Both the position numbers and the translations under genes were made by a program. From the NCBI RefSeq assembly GCF_009914755.1, contig NC_060931.1: a DNA stretch of 64,000 nucleotides. One strand, 5' to 3'. The DNA is from the human T2T-CHM13v2.0 reference genome, Homo sapiens. This document shows positions 26,196 through 38,800 of the stretch, in pieces (the first letter of the stretch is position 1; every line of letters starts with the position of its first letter). The notes under the pieces were generated by a model that was not told where the DNA came from, did not search any database, and saw only the letters and a program-made list of their open reading frames with translations.

Positions 26196-27935
26196 CTACT
26201 TAGCAGTCCTTATAGCCCCACCCTGATTCCTTCGTGCAGCATCCATGACCTGGAGCAATAATGAGACGCCTTTTGTAGTGTCTTCATTCAACATGTGTTC
26301 TGGGCTATTGTCTACTTCCTTCCATCAGATCCCTGCTCTCTCTGGTCCAACTACAGGTCACTTTCTTGTTTTTTAGTGTCATTATAGACTCATTTGTTCA
26401 TTTTCCGTCATTTCCAAGGATTTCGGGCAGGTGGGGAAGACTACAGCATACTGTCTTGATTCCAGCTTTTAATATTCATTACATTTGTGGAGTTTCTCTT
26501 TAGTACGAATATTGTGGCAATAGCAGTAAAACAGATTTTAAAAAAGGTGTTTTGAATAGTAAAAGCATATAATGTTTACGTTTGGGATGAAAGGCAAATA
26601 CACAAATTCCATATTATAGCAATGTTCTACAAAGCTACCTTCCACCTAAAGACAGCCTCAGCTAAGTGAGATGTGGTAGCTGCTAATTAAATGATGTGTT
26701 TGTAAGGTTAAGCCAAAGTTCAGAAAGACTCACATAAATTATCAGTGTATCTATTAAAGTTTCTCCCTTGCTGAAGTAACAGATGTGTCTTCTTTAGAAA
26801 AAAGAAAAAAACAACTTTAAAATCCCACTTAAAAAAATAAACCTATCAACACTGGATTTCGGACAGCTAAGTGATGTGAAAGGCACACAGCTCTTGCATC
26901 CTTGTGATCTGAGATAAAATACTTTAATTCAAATGGTGGGAAAATATGGATAATTGGGAAAACGGTTTCCCAGAAAAGCCATAATGGCTTACTGGCTCTC
27001 TTTTCTTCCTTGCCATTCATATTAAGTCTTTTGGAAACGTTATTAGAGAGGACTGCATACTCTTTTTTCTCTGTCATGATTCTTACATAACAAAAACATT
27101 GCTAAAGAGATGAAAGCATTATATCCACATTAATAATTTTTTATTTCTTAAAAAAGTGAACTCAAAGCAGTAGAATTCAATCAATTCAACTGGCCACCCT
27201 TGAGTGAGTGAGGATTTGCCATCTATGTTTTCTGTCTGTTTTAGCAGATGAGCTTACCATGATAGATTGTTTGTGTGGGTGGTGGTGGATGAAAGAAGGA
27301 GACAAATATTCGATTAACTGAGCAGAGAAAACAGAACGCATCAAGAATTTTACTACCAAATTTTTAATCTGTTTTTCTTTGTCAGCTCTTACCCTAGATA
27401 AACATGCTTCACATTAATTAGATTTTGTGACTTTTAAAAAAAATTCAATCTGTGACTAAAAATTATTATATCAGCATTATTTCCTGGACCAACAAAGCAA
27501 CATTTGGGACCAGGGGGGAGGGCGGGCCCCCCAACCCCCAACACATACAAGCACACAAAACACTATGGATTAAACTATCATTTTTATCATCACCCAAAAC
27601 AGAAAATACTAGGTCTTCTCATTATCCTTTTATACTGTATAACATAATGCCAACTTCATAGCTAGGCCACCAGATGACAACATGAATGAAGTAATTCTGG
27701 GGTGTAGCCTGACGTCCTGGCCAAAAGCCACAAATAAGCCCAAAGTGTGATTGCTAGAAGAATTACGCCACTTTTAGAATTTAGATAAATTAATTGCAGA
27801 GCAATGAGAGTGGTACGGTGCTTTTCTCAAGCACATTATTATATCTTATTGGAACAGAAATCTGCTGACAATGCCACAGCCTGGAAGTACCAGCTTCTTA
27901 ACTGTGACCAAAACCCTGGTCAATCTTCAGTCCTG

Positions 27936-27978
27936 AGAAATGTCCAAAGAGCATAATTAAAGAAATGTCCAAAGAGCA
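27936..27978 (+). repeat. 18-bp direct repeat with a 7-nt spacer
   Basis: agaaatgtccaaagagca-taattaa-agaaatgtccaaagagca. Confidence 0.95.
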
Positions 27979-29047
27979 CCTGAGTCATTTGGTTAATGGA
28001 ATTTCCTCTGATGTTCCTCTGTGTCCATATTGACTTCAGAGCTCTTTTTTTCAGGCATAAATAGTTTTAGTTCTTTTTTTTTTGTTTGGGGGAAATGATC
28101 GATTTAGTTGTAGCCAAAAATTCTCTTATATTATTTGTGCTCTATGAAAGCAGAATGTCTGATCTGTTAATTGGAATATATAATTTTTGCCAGCTATGTT
28201 TCTGGACTAGTACATTAATCTTCTAAACTATGCTTGGTTTCTTCTAATATCAAGTCAATTCCTTTCTAAGCTTACTTCATGAAGGGGTTTTCCATGTTTT
28301 TGTACCAAGTCTCCACAAGTGTTACTCATAGAGAGCTGAATGGACTATTCATTCTTTTACTAAGGCATTTCTTGTGTCCTTTTATAGACAGGCTTTGCTA
28401 ATAGAATAAACTAAGAAGATGGGGGGCATTTTGGGAGAGAGAACAGCTGGTATGAAGGCCATAGGTAAAAATAAATTTTATTTCCCCCCCAAACAATAAG
28501 AGCAAGTTACATTTAAAACATTGATTTTTCTTGGAAGATACAGGCACACACAGAGAAGGAGAGAGAAGTGGAGGGTGAGAAGGAGAGGGAGGAGGGAGAG
28601 AGAGACATATTGGTATTTATGTGTGTATCAGAATGGTACTCCTGGAGAGGAAATGCATCTCTTTAGCTCTGCTTTAATGGGATGGGGGCTGGTAACACTG
28701 GGGAATCATCTGAGTCCCCAGGGGCTCTGGGACTCCCTGAAGAGGGTGATTTAATCCCTGATATATGGATGGAATTAGCGTGGAGAGATGAAAGCGTGGG
28801 AGTAAATGAGTCTCTTGTGCCTCAACATTTGGATCCCCTCATCTGTGATCAAGCTCCATAATCAGGAAAGGGAGTCGAATTGGTCTTTTTTTTTTTTATC
28901 AGCAGTCAGAACGAACTGGTGTGCTGGTGATCCTTTATCTCCAGAAGATAGGTAGAAAGACTTCTGTGCATTGTCAAAGCTCTGGACTCCACCAAAGCTC
29001 TTTGATCTGGGAGAGGAGTGCACTGTTCTTACAAGAGCTAGAAGGGA

Positions 29048-29141
29048 CCAGAAACCACTGTTTCTTTTTTTCCCTCTAGGGTCTCCCCAGCCTGACCCTG
29101 GGGAGGTCCTAGAGGCTAAAATGAGAAACAGTGGTTTCTGG
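29048..29141. repeat. Inverted repeat / long hairpin (43- and 44-nt arms, 7-nt loop)
   Basis: ccagaaaccactgtttct...tctagggtctccccag | cctgacc | ctggggaggtcctaga...agaaacagtggtttctgg. Confidence 0.95.
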
Positions 29142-30491
29142 CGTCTCAAGGAGACATTGGAGCTGTACTGCACATGAAACTTCAGGGTGTCAGGAATGTC
29201 AGAAAAGGCCGTGTGGGCTAAAGGACTGAGCCTTGGTGCTGGGCCTGCAGAGGTCAATAGGCCCTGAGGGGGTGGAGTCATTCAGAGTCTCAGCCTTCTG
29301 CAGAGGCTTAGCCTGCTGTGCCACAGGCTGGACCTGAGCCACTTCCCTGAGGCAGGGAGGAGCAGGGCTGGGTCAACTGCAGTAGAAATTCAGAGTTTGA
29401 CAGTGAAAGACCCCATTGTGGCAGCAAAGGGTCACAGTGGCAGTGTGGCTCAGGCTGAGGGTAAGAATTTTTGTGTCTTTCATAGACAAGCTTTGAGGAT
29501 ACAACAAGCTAAAAAAGAGGGGCCCTTCTGGGAGAGAGAATGGAAGAGTCTTATTGGGTCTGAATGGAGTTCTTGGGCAAGGCACAGGACAGGGAGTGCA
29601 AAAGAGCAATACTAGCCATCTTGCCACTCAGGGACTTCGAAGTTTAATCAGTTTTGATTTAATTTGTTGAGATCACAGTGACACGACTATACCTCAAATG
29701 TTGTATTATGGAAAAGTTTGTCAGTCAATAGTTAAATTATTGCTATTTCATATTCATTATGAAATTATATTTAATGTTAATATCATTCATCCTTATCACA
29801 ATGTTACAAAACATAAATTTACCTCCATATCACGTTATGGGTTTTGAGTTTCTAATCTTATTAATGTTTTTTTTCAACTTGAACTTCTGAAAGTGCTGCC
29901 CAATTAGTAGGATATATCTTAGGGACTTAAGACCCAGAAGAAGGCACACAGCTCAGAACAGCAAGAAAACACTACCATCAAACAATGCTCACAGCTTCAG
30001 GTCTCCTCTATTTCAACCTCAGTCCCAAATTCCCCCTTTATAAATCTCTGGAAGACAAATTTTATCCCCTAAAGAATTTTTATAGATCAAAGCCACATTC
30101 CAATGAAAATCAGGTAGCAGCATCTATAAATCTCAGACCCCAGGAAGACAAACAAAAATCTCAATATAATAGTAATGGAAAGATTTTGTATTCTATAAAC
30201 ATTGGGAAAAAAACCTTTCTCCCAGTAAAAGCTGAATAAACTAAAATGAGATATAAGTGAGTCAAGTGAACTTAAAAGCATTTGCAATCACAAATTTTTA
30301 ATATGCAAAAAATAGTTAATTATAAGCTTAGAATCTTTAGGGTAAGTGCACCCCTTTTGGCTTGTCTACGATAAGAATCATCAGTATTGATCTAAGTATG
30401 CTTTCGCCATTTAACAATATGCATTTAAAACACGTCCAGTAGAATAAATGTAAGTGCTACATACACAGCATGGGAGATAGCAATTACTTAC

Positions 30492-30637
30492 CCTGTAGGC
30501 TGGCTCTCAAATTCTTCTGACCATTGCTCTTGAATATCTTCTGTGGAAAGATCTACATCCCTGGTGGTGGCAAAATTGAACTCGCTGCCTTCATTTCCAT
30601 GGAAATAAATGGAGTTCCCATCTGACTGACAGCTATG
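30492..30637 (-). CDS. RELN: Reelin coding exon (exon 11), 146 nt, [48 protein letters not shown](G)
   Basis: ctacag|CATAGC...CCTACAGG|gtaagt. Matches recalled reelin. Phase 0->2. Not in the ORF track. Confidence 0.97.
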
Positions 30638-31589
30638 CTGTAGGTGAAAAGAGAGCACGGGGTGGCTGTTGAATTGGTGTTGTAGCTGTATCTGTCTTAC
30701 TCATGTATAATTAGAGTTTTTAGAAAAGTTATTATATTAGCTCCTCTATGATGGACTCTCAAATCAAAAGAGCTTGTTACCTCTTTTTTGCCTTGTTTAA
30801 TTCAATTACAATTTCTTTCTAACCTATTAAGTTATCACAAAAAAGGAGTCAAGGGGGCATTTGAGCTTTGCCATCTCTGTCTTCAGTATGAAACAAGAGT
30901 ATTTCAATTGGAATAATTTCCCATCTTTACCACTGTCCTTGTTGTGGGAATTAAATTTGATAATGACTTGTCATGTATTTCAAATTCTGTGGTTATCGGC
31001 TAAATAGCATTGACCTTTTCAATATTCCATATATTTCTTACTTGCCATTCAAGTCTTTCACAATTTATCTGTAAATGGAATATGAGTAGAACAGCCAGCT
31101 AATCTAAACATGCAATGCAGAAAAGGTCAAAGTAAACCCAGATATAATCACATATTCTCAACCAGTTTCTGAGTAAAAGTTTCTGACCAGACCTAAAAAG
31201 TGCATACTATCCCAAATGAGGAACTGGGAAACTATGAACTTTGTTAATCCCCAAAAGAACACATAAAAAATAAGGAAAATATATTTCTTGTGATACTTTT
31301 TCTAAAGAAATTTTTTTTTCAGCTTGAAGAGAATAAAGGCAAGATCAAACTTTGGAGATAGTAAATGTTAGTTACTTTAAAAAATTATTATAAGTTTGCA
31401 TTAACATTTTTTGGTAATAAGTCATATATAGAGAGATGCTTGGGGCTGGGCATGGGAAGCTAAAACAATAAAAAGGAGAAATAAAAAGAGAAATGCTATA
31501 CATGAAACATCAAACATTCTTTTAAGTTTTATATACTCTTAAAATGAAACAGAGATGAAAAAAACCAACTGGACAAAACCTATCAGTCA

Positions 31590-31725
31590 AGCCTAGGGAC
31601 TGTGAGTTCTGTAGGGCAAGGACAATGTCCATTTTGTTCCTTGTTATATTCCAGGTCTTAGCACAGTGCCTGGCATATAGCAGGCATTAAAAAATGTTTG
31701 TTAAATAGTTCAACAAATGAATGAG
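31590..31725 (+). mobile_element. L2 3' end
   Basis: cttagcacagtgcctggcatatagcaggcattaaaaaatgtttgttaaat...aatgaatga. Confidence 0.8.
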
Positions 31726-31826
31726 GGAATGACATGGAAATGCCCTTTAAGGTAATTATATTTTTAAAAGAAGATAAATTTATTGTGTATGCCTAAGATA
31801 TATAACATGATTTTCTAAGACACATA

Positions 31827-32083
31827 CAGTCATGTACCACATAACAATGTTTCAGTAAATGACAGACCGCATATACAATGGTGGTCCTATAATATTATAA
31901 TGGAGCTGAAAAATTTCTATCACCTAGTGATGTCATAGTTATCATAACATCATGGCATAATACATTACTCATGTGTTTTTGGTGATGTTGGTGTAAATAG
32001 ACCTACTGTGCTGCCAATCCTATAAAAGTATAGCATATAAAATTATGTATGGTACATAATATTTGAAAATCATAATAAGCGAC
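31827..32083 (+). mobile_element. Tigger3a-like (TcMar-Tigger) DNA transposon, right end missing
   Basis: TA followed by cagtcatgtaccacataacaatgtttcagtaaatgacagaccgcatatacaatggtggtcc...ggagctgaaaaattt. Inserted in an L1MA-type 3' fragment (about 31760-31826). Confidence 0.85.
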
Positions 32084-35000
32084 TTTTGGGTGTGGAGGGA
32101 AGTATTGCTCTTTGAAAATTCTCTTCTTTAGAGTCTTAATAGACTGACATATTACCAAAGAAAGGCTGCAACACACCCAAAGGAAGCAGCCATCCTTCAG
32201 TGGGAGGTGGCTAGATGTTCTCTATCTCTTAGCAAGATGGGACTGTCACTCTCTAGGGAGCAAGGTCTGGAGATGCACAGAACCCACACAGCTACAGATG
32301 GCTTGCTCTGCTCCTCACCATGCTAAGGAGATCAAGATATGATTTCTACCTCTGCCATTCTGAATAGAACCCAGTGTTCTCAAGGTTTGCAGTGGTAAAA
32401 TGCTCTTTTAAGGATATATGAGCCCATAGTATACTGGGCCTGTAAAACTGGGGATGGTCTTAGTGAAACCAGTGAATTCCTGAGCTATTTGAGAGCAACG
32501 GGTGTACTGAGTCTCCATTTCTTTCTAAGGAGTTGATAATCATAGGCCCTGTATTTTGGAGCCTTAGCCAGCGTAGGGGGCCATATTAGGGTTCTCATTC
32601 TGAGAACGCCTAAATCAATTACAAGACAAGTTAGAATTTCATGTTAATTCTGTTTTAGGATTGGGCACAGCGGGCTTGGTGTCTTGGAATTAGCCTGCTT
32701 CCTAGATGCTCTCCAAACTACAAATTTATGCCTGAATGCATTCAGATTGAGATAGTGTCCCCGGTCCTTGCTTGCTTTCTATCTGCATTTCTGGCTCTGA
32801 ATGGGAATCCACGGCTTCCTTGGTTAGGCATTGCTTGAGCTTTCTCCTAGAATCTAACTCAATTAAATTCAGCACCTACATGAAGTGAATAAATTAAGAT
32901 CGGAAAAGAACAAAAATTGGAAACCAAAAACAATCAAGATGATAAGGACTGAAATCCCTCAAGGAGTTTCAGGATTGGGATTAGAAAGCGTGTTGAAATA
33001 TTTTCTCTATTTAATGGCTCCATGTTTTTGTAGAAGCCATTTAACCCCTCTACGCCTCGGTTTCTCAGGTTGTAGAATGGAACCAATAATATCTACCTGC
33101 TAGAGGTGTTGTTAGTGGCACAAATAATATATGAGGAAATGCATTTTGAAACTTCTAAGTGCTACAAAATAATCATTATTTCTAAATATACATATTTTTT
33201 CAAAACCATGCTATTATATTCCATATGCCTAGCAAAGGTGATGGAAAAATAGAAGAGCATTTCAATCTATTTTAAACTATTTTTCATCAGAATAGTCATT
33301 AAAATTCTTTGGATCAACTTAAAACCTTTAGTAACATGCATGGAATATGTTCCACAATACAACAGGTAAAAATACTGCAAACATTCATTCATCTTCAGGG
33401 CAGACTGAATCATTAATTAGAACTTTAAAAGCCCTCCTCCAAATTTTGGCAGATTATCAAATATTCTCCTAAAACAGGAAAACTTAATGCAAGATGTCTG
33501 ATGCCACTTTTCTTACAGGTAAGTTTGCATTGCATAACATCGATCTACTATGTTAAAAATCCAAATGAAACATTCATTGAAAGTATGAAAAGAATTTTAA
33601 AAAATTGGTCTCGATTTTAATACCCAGCTATTTTTGTTCAACACCTATTCGAACTCCTATCATTTATATGCAATAACAATTCAAATCTAAACAACTTCAA
33701 AACCAATTAAATGTGTAACTTTGTAAGATACATGAGCTCTTGATATGAAAAAAACAAGAATTTTTGGAATTCAGGACTATTTTACTTTGAGCATCATGAA
33801 AATCTACTAGGTTTTCTTTAGCAGATGATTCTAAATCACATGTGATTTCCTGAGCCACAGCTTTTGATTGACATATGGTGAATATATATCAAGCTACTAA
33901 GCATTTATTTGGGGTAAAATAAAGGTATAAATTCTGCAGCTGGTTCTAAATTTTTATTTGTATTTCTAGCACTCCTAATGTACATTATTATATAATTATA
34001 ATTGTTTGTACTTGTTTCATTATTTTAGCCTTGATCAATGACATACACTTTATGCTTCTAAGTACTAGTAGGTTACCGATTTCTAAAGTCCCTTAAGTAT
34101 GGCTCTTATGTGTTTCTCTTTGGCAATCAAAAATATTTTCCTACTTTGCCACTAAATGGATTTCCTTTACTTGACAAGCAGAACACAGAGTAACTAAGTG
34201 ACAAGAATTTGCCATTCAGAAAATCATCAACAGGAAACATCAGTGCAAATTCTTCAATATAACAAGTCCTTGGCCACAACTCAGGATAGCAGTTTTCTAA
34301 GGTTGCTCCCTATACTCTGCTGAAAATGTTAATGACTTCACCTCTGTACTTGTAAAAGTGCTTACATTTGCCTCTACCATTGTTTTATTAGGTTTTCATC
34401 AAAGATGAACACCGAAGCACCTCTTAATATGATCTCCCTGGGGTCTAATGACCCTGATGATTCTTTCAGGCATCTGTAGCCTTACCATTTATTCTTTGAC
34501 GATATCCTTTTTGTTGGAATGAGGGTATTGGGCATTTGGGCAATGCCAGCTTGCAGAGAGCTGGTGGCAGATGGAATGAAATCTGCCTGGTATGCCTTCC
34601 CCTCCACATGAGCAGAGAGCCATCCATTTCCTCCATTAAGGAGTTGTCACTCAGCCCACCCAGCTGGAAGACCATTTTTGATAGCCAAGCTGGCTGGTGG
34701 CAGACAATTCAAATACAAAGTGCGCTTTAAAAGGAAGCTAAAACATCATTTGTAGGAAAATTGAAAATGCATGGCTTCCACCACAGCCAATTTTTTAATG
34801 ACTGTAATATTTTAAGTGATTATTTTTGCCACTTCAGATTGCTCCTTAGAGAGGAGAGGTTTTTTAATTAAAATCTAGGCAATGCAAACAGATGAGATAT
34901 GAGGAACACAGGAAAGAGAAATAAGATGAATAAAATTAATTAAAATGGCATTGTTGGCAGAGTCATAAATTAGCCACTGTCTGGCTGGAAATAAAATATA

Positions 35001-35729
35001 TTGGTATAGGAATTTCTGTATTAAAGTGAGATGTGTGCTACAGCCATTGGAAATTGACTAATTTATAGTCTACATATTATTGTGTTTTTCAAGTCTTTTA
35101 CTATGCTATACCCATTATCATATAGAAATACATATTTCCTACATCCCAGTTCAACAGACTTTAAAGGTATAGACTTTCATGCTATATTAAAAGAAAACTT
35201 AAAATAGAAAGAGAACGATTTCTCTCATGAGGCAAAATAAATTTCTATCATTTTCCACACATTCAATTTCTAAGAATTTAATGGCAGTTAAAAAACTGAA
35301 AACTTGGCTATAAATACAGTCCAGGTGCAGGAGGGCTGAAGTGCATTTTCTCTAGTCAACACAATAGATTCAACCATGGTGAGTGAATTTTATGGAGCTT
35401 AAGGAGTGTTTTTTTTCTCATTAATTTCTGGATTCATTAAACACATTTGAACTACTTTGTACTACGATTTTTAAAGATTCAATTTATGGTATATTTTGTG
35501 ACAAGTGTATAATTATTTGGCAATAATTATGACAACTCTAAAATGGCAATAGTGACAGATTTGAATTGGAGTAATGAGAGGCAGAATAACAATGTAAAAT
35601 TCCAAAGAGCAGTTGTTAACCTTGTCTTTGGGGATCAACTTGACTTTCACAGTGTTGGAGGCTTTTAGACTTGCCTCCTCAAATTAAGGGCAAAGATGCC
35701 AGGCACAGTGTGGGAGACTGCAAGATAAC

Positions 35730-35880
35730 ATGGAGTGGTTGGGTTTTACAGTAAAATAGACCTGGCTTTGAAAGTTAGAGCTATTTGATCTTGGGGAAGC
35801 CATTTGGCATCTCCGAGCCTCTGTTTTTTCATCTGTGAAATGGGGATAATTGTGAGCATTAGATAAAATACTGCAGGGAA
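35730..35880 (+). mobile_element. MIR fragment
   Basis: ctccgagcctctgtttttcatctgtgaaatggggataat MIR core. Confidence 0.75.
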
Positions 35881-38800
35881 CATGCCTAAAGATTGCTGAG
35901 TCTTAGGAAATTTGTAAACACTATTTCCCTCCTGATTTTTTTCCCCATCTTCATTCATTAACAAACCTTACTTTAATGAATGAATGTCACTATGCAAGCT
36001 ATTGTGCTAGGTGCCATGCTAGGTACAAAGATGATAGAAACTGTAACTATGTTTTTAATGTTCATTTGGAATAAATTTCACCTACTGAATATTGTGTTAA
36101 CTCAATTAGTGATTGAATGTGTCAGCCTCAGACCAAATAAATAAATAAATAAGGCAAAAGATGCATTAGGCAGGGAGCTTCTGCATATTTGTTTAAATGA
36201 TTATTTTCTGTATAAATTATCAAAATTAGTTGTTTCTGTGCTATTGCCACTCTTGTCATGGCGATCTGGCTCATTTCCATGTTTCACTAATGTTATTCCA
36301 CATTAATTACTGTACAAATAGGCCTCATTGGGGGGAATTGTGAAAAGCACACTACTTACATTTAACCCTTCAGCCCCAAAGTCCTCTTATTAGCTTAACA
36401 AATTATATTCTGGCTCATTCTACAATATCTTTTACCCACCTCTTGGGGGAAACATGACAATAAGAGCAATACGATCCAAAGTGAAGAACATCCCAAGCAA
36501 AGGGAATTTAGGTAGACAGCATGCAATTAACCATGCTGGAATCTGGCCAGGAAATCATAGTTAACATTCTGATTCTTAATGAAAAAAGACATGGGAACAT
36601 GGGCTAGCCACAAGTCTAACTGAGCTCAGGTTTATCCTCATTAGAAAGCCACCACTCAAATCCCTCAAGTTACACACTAGATAGTTTCCAGTAAAGTGAT
36701 AATGCAAAGCACATTTCTGAAAAGTAAATCTGATTTTCTCTTATTTGTCCTGTATATTGTCAGAATATAAAACCATCAAGTGAACTGCTGAAACCTTTTT
36801 TCTGAGGTGCCCAATTGAACATTGCATGGAAGATGAATTAGGTATGATAGTATTGCTGTGTCAGGGGGTTATATTTCCAAAAAGTAGGTTTAAAGGTGAA
36901 TTCTACCTTGAGTGTGATCTTTCCTTTCACCATTTGTCTTAGATTTTTTTCATTAGCTTTAACTTGTGTTAAGGCTAAATTTTTCGGACAAATTACATTT
37001 TTTTTCATAATTTGATATATTTTTTCTCCATTGATGGTTCAGCAATTGTGACAACAGTACTAGATGGGTGACAGCAGAAGCCCAGAATAAAAGATTCAGT
37101 TCTTATTCAGGACTGGAGACTTGCCTAGTGTCCACTGGGACAATGAATTTGGCAAATGCATAAGGTACAAGAGCAACAGAAAATTAATAGACTCTTGTGT
37201 TCAGATTTAATGCTTCCCCTTAATGGGTTGCTGATTTACCTAACGTCTGTTGTCTTCATTAGGGCCTTTTGATGTTTGTTAAACTAGAAAAATTGTCTTT
37301 ATTATTGGATATTTATCAATAGTAAAGGTAGTAAAGGGGAGGCAGTCAAATTCAAAGTAGTAGTAGAGGAAACATTAAGATATGACCCTTCTAAATTCAG
37401 TAACTTAGTTACTCTAAATCCTTGATATTAGTTTGCAAAATTTAACAAATTACTTTTTTTAAAAAATAAAATGTCTTTTAAATACATGTGATCAAATCAC
37501 AGCCTATTCTAAAGGAGAAACAGAGTAATCAGACATTTAGTGCTGATTTACTTCTTAAAACAAGTTGACATAAATGTGTAGAAAAGGTAATCTGGAATTC
37601 TTTGCTATCCACACAATGAACTAGGGTAATAAAGAGAAAAAGATTAGCAGGTGCAGGCACAGCAATCAGAGTGGGAAGATTTCTTAAAAATAAAAAAAAA
37701 TGTGGAAAGTATCTATCTCATAGTGATCTGCGTTTAATCTGTAGGTCAATTCCAGAGTTGACAGAAGCCAGTGATTTATGCCTTTGCAAGCTGAGGGTAA
37801 CCACGATAGCTGAGCAGATATAAACATTTATTAACTGTGAGTGAGCAAAGCACTTTTTCTCTTTTGAAAACACAGACACACACCCACACAAACACACACA
37901 CACCAAGTGTTCAAAGATGATTCACGCTTTCAAAATAAAAATTTTGGCTGCCACCAAAGACGAGCGTAAACAAACAAAATGAAGCAGCTGCCAGACCAAT
38001 ATTCACTTCCATGGCATATTGATCCATTCAGAAACACTGCTTCATGGGGTACTATTAAAGGATGAGGAAAACAAAAAAATAAAAACAAAAAGCCCTGCTC
38101 ACAGCTCTTTCCAAATCAATTGTCCCTGGGTTCTCTGCGACGTGCTTCACTGACCTTTGCAGCTCTTGATGATAACTTGTGGAAAGCAGGCAGCTGCAGC
38201 AGCTCCAGGCTGACGCTCTGAAAACTTACATCTAATGTTTTTCTTTCAACTTAAAATTAAGAATATTCTCAGATTGCAGGATGTGTATTTGAGGAGTTGG
38301 GAAGAGATGACTTCGATGGACTTGCCTAGATGTTTCAAGAGTGACTGAGGAAAACTGAACGTTGAGCATCCAGGGTTTTTACAGACACAAAATGTTCATC
38401 TACTCTAGATATAAAACTGGATGGCAAGATCTTCCTCATGGTGCTGGCATCTACAAAGTATTCATGAAATGCTATCAATACTTCTACTATCATTATTATT
38501 ACTATTATTTATCATAACTATGGTTACTACTATTTATTGTTATTATTTTTAATCACTATGCAGTGTTCATGCCACTGCAAGTATCATTCCTGAATATGAG
38601 AATTCTGCCCAAGGTGATACGTTGAATCTTGTTACTGTATATCTTAAATGGAAGAAGTGAAAAAAAAAATCAGTTCATAGCCTTTAATCCTTGACGGCAA
38701 AACCAAGGCCATTCTCACAGAGCTGGTGCACTAGATGTTCCTTGAGATTAATCATTCCCCCACTACAGGGAGGAAGAATGTGCCTTTCGTTCTTAAATGT

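Noticed and set aside
27505-27545. GC-box/G-run patch as a promoter or G-quadruplex
   Set aside because: An isolated ~35-bp patch with no CpG island or other promoter context.
28862-29281. 139-aa minus ORF and 68-aa plus ORF with mutually similar peptides (QKPLFL, RNSGFW)
   Set aside because: The similarity is a by-product of the inverted repeat at 29048-29141.
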